Part shown: piece by piece, positions 17,543-27,002 of the stretch | How positions within the stretch are numbered: position 1 is the stretch's first letter | How the letters are laid out: each line of letters begins with the position of its first letter | Assembly: GCA_934130105.1 (NCBI GenBank) | Contig: CAKOXL010000004.1 | Coordinates: 1-63,681, forward strand | Source: an uncultured Bacilli bacterium | GTDB lineage: Bacteria > Bacillota_I > Bacilli_A > RF39 > UBA660 | Reading direction: 5' to 3' | Length of the DNA: 63,681 nucleotides | Made by a program: the position numbers and the translations under genes | The notes under the pieces: model-generated | What the model was told of the DNA's origin: nothing | Databases searched by the model: none | What the model saw: the letters and a program-made list of their open reading frames with translations, nothing else

Positions 17543-19453
17543 TTACTGTGCTGGAGCGAGAACGACACGGAACGAAATGCTGGTGTACGTACCACCTGTG
17601 CTGAGGCTGAACGCAAAGGAACCGGCTTCAGTGCCATTGCTCCAATGGCCACCACGTACGAACCAAGGGTAAGAAGAATGAACAAAGTAGGCGTAATCTT
17701 TATACCAACTAGATTTATATCTAGTACTACCATCTGGATCTTTTTCACTACCAAATGGTCCCATCTCTCCTGTTGCATCTCCTAATATTCTGTTATTATA
17801 ATTTGTATTTACAGTTGATGCATATTTATTCCAGTACTTAGTGTAAGTACTATCACTAAAGAAATTAGGATATAAACTAGTTATACCACTTGATCCACCA
17901 ACTGTTGTTGCTTTAGTAGTATATCCCATTACATACTCCCATGCGCCACCTGACATATCATATATTCCACTATAATTACCAGTTGTTGATGAAACAGTAG
18001 AATTATTATTAAAATAATTAACGGTATATGTTCCATCAACACCTAAACTAGTTGACTCTACTCTATTACCTTCTATACTTATTCCGCTATTATATCCTAA
18101 GGTTGGTTCACTTGTTCCAGAATATCCGGTTATATAACTTGAGTTATTATTTATTCTTACACTTGCTTGACTACCATATACTGAATGCTGTAAATAAGCT
18201 ACTGCTCCCCATTCTGTATTTTTCATCATATGACTATCTAAATTACGATTATAATCATAACTATTCTTGAATGCGTTCCCAACAGTTATACTTCGCCAAC
18301 TATATACATTGGGTTTTATGATAATTTTACTTGTATCTACACTATTTACTTGGGCAGACGTCGTTGATGTTGCTCCATCATATCCTGTTTCAAACTTTCC
18401 TACCCATAAACCATTTGTATCAAAAGCTATGAATGCTGGATGAGTTAGATATGTTCCTACCGTACTTCCAGTAGATGGTGTTGTTTCTTTATTTTCAAAT
18501 ATAATATCTATTGTTTGAGTAGAATTTCCAATACTTGTTAGTCCTGTATATGTTCCTTCATTAAATATTTTATATCTATATCTTGGTATCCATACAAAGT
18601 ATGATTCAATATTTGTTTCTGGTATTACTTCTCCATCTTGGTAAGTAATACTTTCATCTTTTAAGATAACGCTATTAGCCCACTTTTTATCAGCATAACT
18701 ATACCAAGCTGTTGTAGTATCCGCTTTAGTTACTACTCCTGTATCTGATATTACTACTGGTATTAGATTATCAGATATAACTGGATATGCTCCATTTAAA
18801 ATGGCTTCTTTATAAGCTATTTTATCTTGCTCTAATACTTTACCTGTTGAATATACATTTACTGTTATCGTAAACGCTTTATTATTTATGCTTCCATCTG
18901 AAAAATCAGTATCATCTGATAACCACATTCTTAATCTAAAATTCTTTTCATAGTTTGATGTATTAGCTGATACTTCTCCTTCATAGATAGTCTTTTCTAT
19001 TACCCCATCCGGTACTTTAGTATTAGTTTGAATTAGATTTGAATATTTATCTAATAGTATTTCCTTTTCAGTTCCATCTACTTCAGTTAAGTATAACTTT
19101 ACGTCATCTTCATCTAAGGTAGAATCACTCTTTTTTCTTGCTGTTACTTCATATGAAATACTAGAGTTCATTTCTATTGTTGAGGTTATCTTAAAATCAA
19201 ATACCTTTCCTTCACCTGTTTGAAGTTTTCCTTCTTCATCACTTATTGGAAATGCATCAGTTAAACTTATACCTTTTCCTATTCCACTTACTTCAGTATA
19301 TAGAAAGTTTATCTTACCTGTTTTTACGATATTATCAGTTACACCTGTTTTAGAATAAGTGAATAGTGAATAACTTACTCCAACTGTTATCAATATTAAA
19401 CTTAATACTGCTATTAGTGTCAAAAATATCTGCTTCTTCTTACTATTTTTCAT
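17543..19453 (-). CDS. DGR target protein: N-terminally anchored or secreted, with a C-terminal FGE-sulfatase/C-type-lectin-like (CLec) domain carrying the VR
   Basis: Signal/TM sequence and a VSYSLFTYSKTG motif that may be a SipW/TasA-like signal. FGE-like GGAWEYVMG. The C-terminus RGGHWSNGTEAGSFAFSLSTGGTYTSISFRVVLA equals the VR. Confidence 0.9.
   Translation of the reverse strand: MKNSKKKQIFLTLIAVLSLILITVGVSYSLFTYSKTGVTDNIVKTGKINFLYTEVSGIGKGISLTDAFPISDEEGKLQTGEGKVFDFKITSTIEMNSSISYEVTARKKSDSTLDEDDVKLYLTEVDGTEKEILLDKYSNLIQTNTKVPDGVIEKTIYEGEVSANTSNYEKNFRLRMWLSDDTDFSDGSINNKAFTITVNVYSTGKVLEQDKIAYKEAILNGAYPVISDNLIPVVISDTGVVTKADTTTAWYSYADKKWANSVILKDESITYQDGEVIPETNIESYFVWIPRYRYKIFNEGTYTGLTSIGNSTQTIDIIFENKETTPSTGSTVGTYLTHPAFIAFDTNGLWVGKFETGYDGATSTTSAQVNSVDTSKIIIKPNVYSWRSITVGNAFKNSYDYNRNLDSHMMKNTEWGAVAYLQHSVYGSQASVRINNNSSYITGYSGTSEPTLGYNSGISIEGNRVESTSLGVDGTYTVNYFNNNSTVSSTTGNYSGIYDMSGGAWEYVMGYTTKATTVGGSSGITSLYPNFFSDSTYTKYWNKYASTVNTNYNNRILGDATGEMGPFGSEKDPDGSTRYKSSWYKDYAYFVHSSYPWFVRGGHWSNGTEAGSFAFSLSTGGTYTSISFRVVLAPAQ
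17554..17696 (-). repeat. DGR variable repeat (VR) with a GC-rich IMH-like 3' end
   Basis: See the TR entry. The 3' end on the coding strand, CCGTGTCGTTCTCGCTC, is identical in TR and VR; the flanks then diverge (VR CAGC, TR TTAG). Confidence 0.92.
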
Positions 19454-19972
19454 AAAACTTCTCCTTCTGGTATCTAAGTTATATACTTAAACACTAGAAG
19501 ATGTCTGAATTAGCCTTAATACATAGGAAAATAGTTAATTATTGTAGTAAATCGTTTGTTGTTTTTTTATGTGTAGCAATTATTAAAAGTCGCAAAATAA
19601 AAGACTATAAGATAAACTTGATAGTCTCTAATTATATAACTTAAGGCCCTATTTTTACGATTTAATTGTATCAAATAGTAATTTTAAAAGCAAGGATAAA
19701 TTAAAAATTTAAAAAACTATCATAACAATTTAGATGTAATTTAATTATAGATAATTAATTCTTTAACAAAGAAACAGAAAAGACCTTTCAAAATTTGAAA
19801 AGTCTTTTTTAGTAGGAGTAATTTTATTTATGAAAACTTTTATACAAAGTTTAATTGATATATTAATATATATCAGGATTTATTATTTATTATCACTTCT
19901 CCTTTCAACACTACCAGTATATAAAATAATTATGATAAAAATATAAAATAATTATGGGAAATTATGGGAATG

Positions 19973-21514
19973 TTATAACTTAATTTTATCAATCATTTTA
20001 GGATAACTATTAATTAGTTCTTTAACAAATATTGACTCATTTTTTGTTGGTACTAATAAATAAGCATAATTTTTGGTTCTAGTTAGGGCAACATAAAATA
20101 ATCTTCTTTCTTCGCTATAAACTTTCTCATTATTATTTGATACAAATCTAAGTACTTTTTCATCTTTTATTTTATTAGGAAAACCAAGTAAATTATTTTC
20201 TAGATTAATAATAATTACATTTTCTTCTTCTAAGCCTTTTGATTTATGGACAGTTAAATAATAGATATTTATATCTGGATTTATTTTGTATATAATCGTT
20301 CCATCTTCTTTTAAAGTGTAATCATCATCTAACAATTTGCAAATATCCTTATTGTTTCTACCAAGAATTAAAATTGGTTTTAATGTATCAGCATATATTT
20401 TTTCTATTAATATTTTGAACTTTTCCTTTATGTTAGTATAATAAATTATCCTAATTGGTTTAGTGAGTGTCTTATTTGAGTGCAAATCTTTATAAATTTG
20501 TCTTTTGTTTTTCATAACAAAATTACCAGCTACTTTTATAAGTTCTTGACTATTCCTGTAAGTATTTTGAATTTTCATTATTTTGGCATCTTTAAAATAA
20601 TTAGAAAAATCTAAAAATAGTGATAAATCACAACCAGTAAAACGATAAATAGATTGAAAATCATCACCAACAACCATTAATTTAGCATCTGTTATAGTAA
20701 GTATATTTTGAATTAAGTTAAATCTAATAAATGATGTATCTTGGTACTCATCAATTATTATATATTTATAATTTTTTTTCATATTATTTCGTTTTACTTT
20801 TTCTGTTGCTTTTATTATCATATCATCAAAATCTATTTCATTATTCTCTTCTAAATATTGGGAGTATATTAGATAAATATTCAATGCTAGTATTAGGAAA
20901 ATTTTTTCATGCTTATACTTTGAATATGAAAATGTTTTTCTAGCTTCTTTTAGAAATTTTGTGAAATCATTTATAGAATAACTGTTACATTTTAATAAAT
21001 GAATAAAAGTTGATAGTAATTTTTCGAGTAATTTAAAACTATTATTATTTTTAATATAAGCTTCTAAGTAGCTATCTTTTATATTCTTTTTAGTTTTTAT
21101 ATCTAAGTAACTTAATACCAATTTCATATAACTATCATAGTTAATAATCGTTTCATAAAAATATTCATGAATTATATCTTCTAAGATATTATCGTCTGCT
21201 ATATTATAAGTATCTTCTGATAATATTTCTAAAGCTAATTTATGGAAGGTATAAACAGATATATCAAGACTAAACTCTTTTTTTATTTTTTCTTTTAAAC
21301 TGGTTGATGCTTTCTTAGTAAATGAAATACATAAAATTTCATTAGGATTTATTTTTTGGTATTTTACTAAATAATTTATCTTACCTAAGATAGTTAATGT
21401 TTTACCACTACCAGCTCCAGCTACTACTAAAAGGTATTTACTATCATCCAATACAATTTTTTGTTGTTCACTATCTAGATAATAACCATTTATTTTTTCA
21501 TTCATTAATATCAC
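19973..21514 (-). CDS. UvrD/Rep-like superfamily 1 helicase (short, 513 aa)
   Basis: Motifs AGAGSGKT, IIIDEYQDTS, VGDDFQSIYRFTG, TYRNSQ, TVHKSKGLEE and FYVALTRTK. Confidence 0.85.
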   Translation of the reverse strand: MILMNEKINGYYLDSEQQKIVLDDSKYLLVVAGAGSGKTLTILGKINYLVKYQKINPNEILCISFTKKASTSLKEKIKKEFSLDISVYTFHKLALEILSEDTYNIADDNILEDIIHEYFYETIINYDSYMKLVLSYLDIKTKKNIKDSYLEAYIKNNNSFKLLEKLLSTFIHLLKCNSYSINDFTKFLKEARKTFSYSKYKHEKIFLILALNIYLIYSQYLEENNEIDFDDMIIKATEKVKRNNMKKNYKYIIIDEYQDTSFIRFNLIQNILTITDAKLMVVGDDFQSIYRFTGCDLSLFLDFSNYFKDAKIMKIQNTYRNSQELIKVAGNFVMKNKRQIYKDLHSNKTLTKPIRIIYYTNIKEKFKILIEKIYADTLKPILILGRNNKDICKLLDDDYTLKEDGTIIYKINPDINIYYLTVHKSKGLEEENVIIINLENNLLGFPNKIKDEKVLRFVSNNNEKVYSEERRLFYVALTRTKNYAYLLVPTKNESIFVKELINSYPKMIDKIKL

Positions 21515-21722
21515 CGTGGTGTATTATATTTAATTTTTTATTTTAAGCAAATTGATTATTTTTAATATTTAATGGCTATTTTTAATTAATTTTTATTTTT
21601 CTTATAGCAAAATTTACTTTTTACTAATGTTTATTTTTTTAAAATTATTTTTTTACTTTAAAATTTATACTGATACCCTATTTATTTTTATAAATATAAT
21701 ATACTAGAAGGGAGTTGATATT

Positions 21723-21830
21723 ATGCCAGGTTATGGTAATAATAGCTATAATCAAGGTTCTTGGTTATGGATAGTATTAATTATCTTTTTAGTACTTATT
21801 ATTTGTCCTAATAGAAAAAAAGAATGCTAA
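21723..21830 (+). CDS. 35-aa hydrophobic peptide (YjcZ-like small membrane peptide?)
   Basis: GGGAG RBS (agaagggagttgatatt), then ATG. Sequence MPGYGNNSYNQGSWLWIVLIIFLVLIICPNRKKEC, followed by a terminator. Confidence 0.3.
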   Translation: MPGYGNNSYNQGSWLWIVLIIFLVLIICPNRKKEC

Positions 21831-21836
21831 ATGACA

Positions 21837-21864
21837 AAACCAGTTATTTAAAAATAACTGGTTT
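21837..21864. terminator. Bidirectional intrinsic terminator (end of essC / small ORF)
   Basis: AAACCAGTTATT-loop-AATAACTGGTTT with T-runs following on both strands. Confidence 0.55.
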
Positions 21865-21868
21865 ATGT

Positions 21869-24800
21869 TTATTTTATATCAAATTCTTCAACATATTTAA
21901 CATAATCAACCCTACCACGCTTTACAACAAAGCAATAATTATTTGGGATTGTTTCTTTCATTTCTGGTATCTTTTGATTTATTTTAATAGAAAACTGATC
22001 GTTAATACCATTTCCTACCCAAATACCATAATTATTGGTAACACATTCTTTATACCAAGATTCAAACTCATTTTTCTTAATTTTATCAATACTATCTATT
22101 ATAATAAATTTAATTATTCCTAATTTATTAGCTTTTAAAAACATATTATTAAATTCATTTTTATTTTCATTATTTAATCCTAGTTTAAATTGATCAATAC
22201 CAATTATTAAGCATATTAATTTATTAATTTCTTTAGAATTATTATATGCTTCTTTACTGATTAAATAATTACTTAATTCTGTAAATATTAAATCAAAGTT
22301 AGAATCGACATATCTATAATCGCTTTTATTTTTTATATCATAATCAAGCGCATTTATAACTAGTAGAGTTTCATTTTTATATAGTATTTGGTTTATAAGA
22401 GGATTTACTAATGGTTCTGTTTGGTTTACATCATTTGCTGTTATAATAGAGACTGTATTTTTATTAAAGTCAAACTCATTTACTAATAAATCTTGCTTGT
22501 TTAAACCTATTATATAATTGTTAGTATTTAAATATTTTTCTATAACATTTCCATTAACAATTGTTGGAAGCATTGGTATCTTTGGTGCTGATGTAGTATT
22601 ATTGCTATACTCTAAACATTTTTCTTTAATAAATCTAGGGATATCATCCTTATCACTAACTAATGCTGTTTGAAATTCATAGACATCATCATCTTTAAAT
22701 ATTCCACGTCCAAATATTTTACTAGGATATGTTTTATGAACATTACCTAAAATAGTAGTAAAATCGTCATTATTATTTTGAGCTAGTGCATAAATTAAAC
22801 TAAAGTTTTGTTTTAGTTTAAATCTAACACCATTAGGTGTATTAGCTAAAACTATGAAATAGATGCCATATTTGTTACAATCTCTAGTAATACTATTTAA
22901 AATATCATCATATTTATTAGAAAGCTCCGTAAATGCCTCAAAATTATTTATAATAATTATCATTGATGGTACTTGGCTACCACTATTTCTACAGTAATTA
23001 TAATAATCACCATTATAATCCTGAAAAAGATTTTTTCTTTTATTAATGTTCGTTTCTATCATTTTAAATAAATTTTCTAGTTTGTCACTATCATCTGATG
23101 TAACAATATCACCAACAATAGTAGAATCTTTAAACATATTAAGTGCACCTGTACCATAGTCAACTATGTAATAATTTACTTCTTTAGCATTATAGTAAAG
23201 CATAGAAGAATATATTAAGGTTGTTATGAAGTTTTCTTTTCCGGAACCACTTGCACCATATATAATAGTATTGCCATTCTTGGATATTGGAAGTGTTAAA
23301 AGTTTTTGCTCTTGTCTTTTAGGTATATCATATTCACCAATTATTGGATTAATAACAAACATTTGCTTTTCATAATTATATTTAAGCGCTAAATCTTCTA
23401 TTTTTATCATATCAGGTATTTTTTCTAACCATAAAGGTGTTGTTATTACATTTAATTGATTTGCTTCATTTTGTAAATACTTGACAATGTTAACTAACTC
23501 CTCACCATTTGATTTAATGTTAGTTTCTTTCTTTTTCGTTTCAACATTTTTATAAATATACCCAATATTATTAATAAAATCGATATTAGTATCAATATTT
23601 TTTTTAGCTTTTTCACGTGGAATATATTTACCACCTGCCCAACTAGCTTGTCCTAAAACAAACACTTCATTGTAACCAACTTGAAAATAAAATCTACCCG
23701 TTTGTTTTAAATAAGCAGCATCAGGGCATTTTATAACTTCATTGGAATCCGATTTTTCTTGTACACGCATGCAAACTCTAAATCTAGTATTACTCCAAAT
23801 TTGAGGATCTACAACGCCACTTGGCTTTTGCGTTGCTAATATTAAATGAACTCCAAGTGATCTACCTATACGAGCTGTTGATATTAGTTGTTGCATAAAT
23901 TCTGGTTGTTGGCTTTTAAGTTCAGCAAACTCATCACTTATTATAAATAAATGGGATATAGGAATATCAACGATTTTATCTCTATACATTTTTTGATATT
24001 TATAAATGTCTATTGTACTTTCACCAGATAACTCCCTTGCTTTATTGAATAGAGTTTGCCTACGTTTAAGCTCTGATTCAATAGATGCTAAACTTCTTTT
24101 TATCTCATTGCTATCTAAGTTAGTAATTGTGCCAACTAAGTGTGGTAATTTTAAACCTGTTGTTTTATTTTCAAAAGCACCAGCTAAGCCACCACCTTTA
24201 TAATCTATTAATATAAATTGAACTTCATATGGATGGTAATTAATAGCCATAGATAGAATATAAGTAATAATAAATTCACTTTTACCACTACCCGTCGAAC
24301 CTGCTATTAAACCATGTGGGCCATGATATTTTTCATGCAAATCAATGCTAATTTTTTCTTGATTTTTTCCTAGACCAACTGGGGCTTGTAAACTTAGTAT
24401 TGGATTATTGTTTTGCCATCTATTAATAGAGTTTAATTGTTCAACTTTACCAACATCAAACATTTCTAAAAAGCCTAACTTATTAGGAAGTTTACCGTCT
24501 TTTGATGATTGAATTTCAATTGGAATATTAGCAAGTTTTTTTACAGTACTGTAGTAATCTAAAACTTGATTTATATCGTATTTAAACTTTAAAGGTTCAA
24601 TATAATATTGCCCAACGTGCATTTCTCCTGTACCATTGTTTAAAGTTATAAAAGCTTTACATTCACTTGGCAAATCCGTAATTTTCTTATCTATTATAAC
24701 CATAGAAAATCCCAAATTAACTTTAGATTTAACTATATTATTTATAAAATCGTAATTTCTGATTGCTTTATAGCTATCGGTTATAATTAAATAAGTTTCA

Positions 24801-26449
24801 GTTAATTCATCTCTTTTAATTTCTCTATTTAATTCTTTTCTTTGATTAAAGATTCTATCTAAATAGTAGCATACTTCTTTATATTCATCATTGTTAGTTG
24901 CATAAAAACGGATTTCTCTATCATTAGTAAATAAATGTGGCAAATCTTTTAAATAAGCGTAATCTTTTTCTTTTTCTGAATCGGTAAATATAACTATTTT
25001 TAAATTATCATAGCTTTGATTGGTGATACATTCTAAAATGATATTTTTTAAATATTTATTTGTTTCACTATAATTACCAATTAATCCAGTAACATAATTA
25101 TCATATAGAGAATAAATAATTGGAACATTTGAAAGTAATTTTGGTTCCGTACCTAGTGAATGTAACATATCTTTTAAATTATCTTGAAATAAAGAAAAAT
25201 GTTCTTCTGGATATTTAATATCTATTTTCATAGGATAGTTACCAATACCAAGTCTAATAACTAAATAATCATCGTCTTCTATTCTTCTTTGCCATAAAGT
25301 AGTATATTTGTTTAAAATAATTTCTTCGCATTCTTTTAATCCTGGGTAATTATTATTTAGTATTTCTGATTGCCTGTTTTTAGCATTTTTTATTTCTTGG
25401 CGTTTATCCTCAATATAAGCGCTGTATTTTTTTTGTCTTTCTTTTTCTTTCTTTTTTCTATTTCTTAATTCAACTTTTTTTGATATAGTCGGCCAAATAA
25501 GTACACTTGCAAACATAGCACCACACATAACAAGTGATGGAATAGCATTTTTGATACTTGAATTACCATTCATTATATTGTTAACAGAAGTATATGCTGA
25601 CACTAAAGATGTCATTGACATTGTTAGCATTGGTCCGATTGTTAAAAGAAGAGATGATTCTTTTTCTTCTGCTTTATTAGGTGGTGCATCAACATTTAAT
25701 GTTAATGTTTGAATTTTAGGAATGAATCTTGGTGTTTTATGGAAGTAATCTGATTCATCGTATAGTTGTATATCTTGTTCTTCTTGTTCCACTAACTCCT
25801 CATTTGATTGATTTTTGATATCAATAAGATTTGTTAATAATAAATTTGCCTGAACTTCTAAATTATTAGAATTATTTAAATATAGATAATATATGTCGCA
25901 TGCTTCATGCTTTTTTATGACATAAAGCATAATACCTTCAATAAAAACAATATCAGCATTTTTTAGTACCATTTTATTTACTAATCTCATATTGCTAACA
26001 TAAATTGGAACCTTACTATTATCATCAATGATAACTAAATCTTCATTTTCTTTTTTGATAGTTATATTAACTTCATTAAGAAGAGGCGAAGTTATTGAAC
26101 CTAATTGTCCTATCTTAAGTCCGGTTAAAATATAATTAGTTATATCATAGCAATTATATTTTTGAAAAACATTAGAGCAATATAAAATGATATTTTCATT
26201 AGTTTCTTTATTTTTTAAAAATATAAATTGGTTATCTATTAACACCTTAAATGGTTCTATAACACCATTATTTATAATATAGACATCATCATTACTAATT
26301 AAGTGCCAAGTATTATCAGTTGCTTCAATATTAATTAAATTTTTTCTATTACCAGCTTTATCCAAATCTGTTATCCAATAACTACCACTAATCTGTTCTG
26401 GTAATATTAAGTCTATTTTTTTATCTTTTTTTATAAGTGATACTCTCAT
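21869..26449 (-). CDS. essC: T7SSb FtsK/SpoIIIE-family ATPase EssC/YukB
   Basis: FHA-like N-terminus and two TM segments. D1 has an intact Walker A/B (GSTGSGKSE, IISDEFAEL, ATQKP). D2 has GASGSGKEN and a NNFE Walker B. D3 has no P-loop. Confidence 0.9.
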   Translation of the reverse strand: MRVSLIKKDKKIDLILPEQISGSYWITDLDKAGNRKNLINIEATDNTWHLISNDDVYIINNGVIEPFKVLIDNQFIFLKNKETNENIILYCSNVFQKYNCYDITNYILTGLKIGQLGSITSPLLNEVNITIKKENEDLVIIDDNSKVPIYVSNMRLVNKMVLKNADIVFIEGIMLYVIKKHEACDIYYLYLNNSNNLEVQANLLLTNLIDIKNQSNEELVEQEEQDIQLYDESDYFHKTPRFIPKIQTLTLNVDAPPNKAEEKESSLLLTIGPMLTMSMTSLVSAYTSVNNIMNGNSSIKNAIPSLVMCGAMFASVLIWPTISKKVELRNRKKKEKERQKKYSAYIEDKRQEIKNAKNRQSEILNNNYPGLKECEEIILNKYTTLWQRRIEDDDYLVIRLGIGNYPMKIDIKYPEEHFSLFQDNLKDMLHSLGTEPKLLSNVPIIYSLYDNYVTGLIGNYSETNKYLKNIILECITNQSYDNLKIVIFTDSEKEKDYAYLKDLPHLFTNDREIRFYATNNDEYKEVCYYLDRIFNQRKELNREIKRDELTETYLIITDSYKAIRNYDFINNIVKSKVNLGFSMVIIDKKITDLPSECKAFITLNNGTGEMHVGQYYIEPLKFKYDINQVLDYYSTVKKLANIPIEIQSSKDGKLPNKLGFLEMFDVGKVEQLNSINRWQNNNPILSLQAPVGLGKNQEKISIDLHEKYHGPHGLIAGSTGSGKSEFIITYILSMAINYHPYEVQFILIDYKGGGLAGAFENKTTGLKLPHLVGTITNLDSNEIKRSLASIESELKRRQTLFNKARELSGESTIDIYKYQKMYRDKIVDIPISHLFIISDEFAELKSQQPEFMQQLISTARIGRSLGVHLILATQKPSGVVDPQIWSNTRFRVCMRVQEKSDSNEVIKCPDAAYLKQTGRFYFQVGYNEVFVLGQASWAGGKYIPREKAKKNIDTNIDFINNIGYIYKNVETKKKETNIKSNGEELVNIVKYLQNEANQLNVITTPLWLEKIPDMIKIEDLALKYNYEKQMFVINPIIGEYDIPKRQEQKLLTLPISKNGNTIIYGASGSGKENFITTLIYSSMLYYNAKEVNYYIVDYGTGALNMFKDSTIVGDIVTSDDSDKLENLFKMIETNINKRKNLFQDYNGDYYNYCRNSGSQVPSMIIIINNFEAFTELSNKYDDILNSITRDCNKYGIYFIVLANTPNGVRFKLKQNFSLIYALAQNNNDDFTTILGNVHKTYPSKIFGRGIFKDDDVYEFQTALVSDKDDIPRFIKEKCLEYSNNTTSAPKIPMLPTIVNGNVIEKYLNTNNYIIGLNKQDLLVNEFDFNKNTVSIITANDVNQTEPLVNPLINQILYKNETLLVINALDYDIKNKSDYRYVDSNFDLIFTELSNYLISKEAYNNSKEINKLICLIIGIDQFKLGLNNENKNEFNNMFLKANKLGIIKFIIIDSIDKIKKNEFESWYKECVTNNYGIWVGNGINDQFSIKINQKIPEMKETIPNNYCFVVKRGRVDYVKYVEEFDIK

Positions 26450-26466
26450 AATATACCTCTTACATA

Positions 26467-26988
26467 TTAAATAAAATGGCTTTTATTATTAATATATATT
26501 CCAAATTTTAAAACAGCTATTTTCATATTTATTTTTTTAGATAGTTCATCTTGAATGTAGTTTAAAATGTCACATATGAAATTTTCTTGTTCTTCGGTAC
26601 AATCAAGACTATTATAGTGAAATGCTATAGCAATTGAATCATTTGGTGCAGCTTGTTCTTCCCTATCACCATATTCTATATATTTACTTTCTGTTTTAGC
26701 AAATAATAATTTAGAGATATTCTTATTTAAAAATGCATATAGTTCGCTAGTATTTCCTTTTTGGTAGTTTTGATAACTTGTTTTTAAGTAATCTAGTTCA
26801 TCTTGACTTAGATTCTCTAAATGAATGCCATTTAACAAGAAAAAATAATTTGATACTAATGAAATGCTAGTTGGATTTTCAATATTTTTTGATTTAATAC
26901 CTGCTTTTATTATTTGACTTTCTAAATTTTCTAGTCCTAAATTATTATATATACTATTAAAAATTATTAATTTTAAATGTTCTATCAT
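26467..26988 (-). CDS. Hypothetical 173-aa cytoplasmic protein (candidate immunity protein or chaperone for the upstream effector)
   Basis: AAGGAG RBS then ATG at 26988, directly after the effector stop at 27003. No TM segment and no recognisable motif. Confidence 0.55.
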   Translation of the reverse strand: MIEHLKLIIFNSIYNNLGLENLESQIIKAGIKSKNIENPTSISLVSNYFFLLNGIHLENLSQDELDYLKTSYQNYQKGNTSELYAFLNKNISKLLFAKTESKYIEYGDREEQAAPNDSIAIAFHYNSLDCTEEQENFICDILNYIQDELSKKINMKIAVLKFGIYINNKSHFI

Positions 26989-27002
26989 AAATAACTCCTT
27001 TT

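Noticed and set aside
17346-17778. ORFs 17346-17672 (+) and 17524-17778 (-) overlapping the VR and the VR-TR spacer
   Set aside because: They lie in alternative frames or on the opposite strand of the well-supported target-gene 3' end and the noncoding spacer. They have no RBS and no recognisable protein features.
19921-19972. Short direct repeats (ATAAAATAATTATG x2, AATTATGGGA x2) just downstream of the helicase stop
   Set aside because: These are very short AT-rich duplications with no flanking mobile-element genes or matching distal copy, so they are likely slippage products.
21824-22123. 99-aa plus-strand ORF overlapping the 3' end of essC
   Set aside because: It is antisense to essC and starts inside the small-ORF/terminator region. 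Its composition is Ile/Phe/Asn-rich, typical of spurious AT-rich ORFs.
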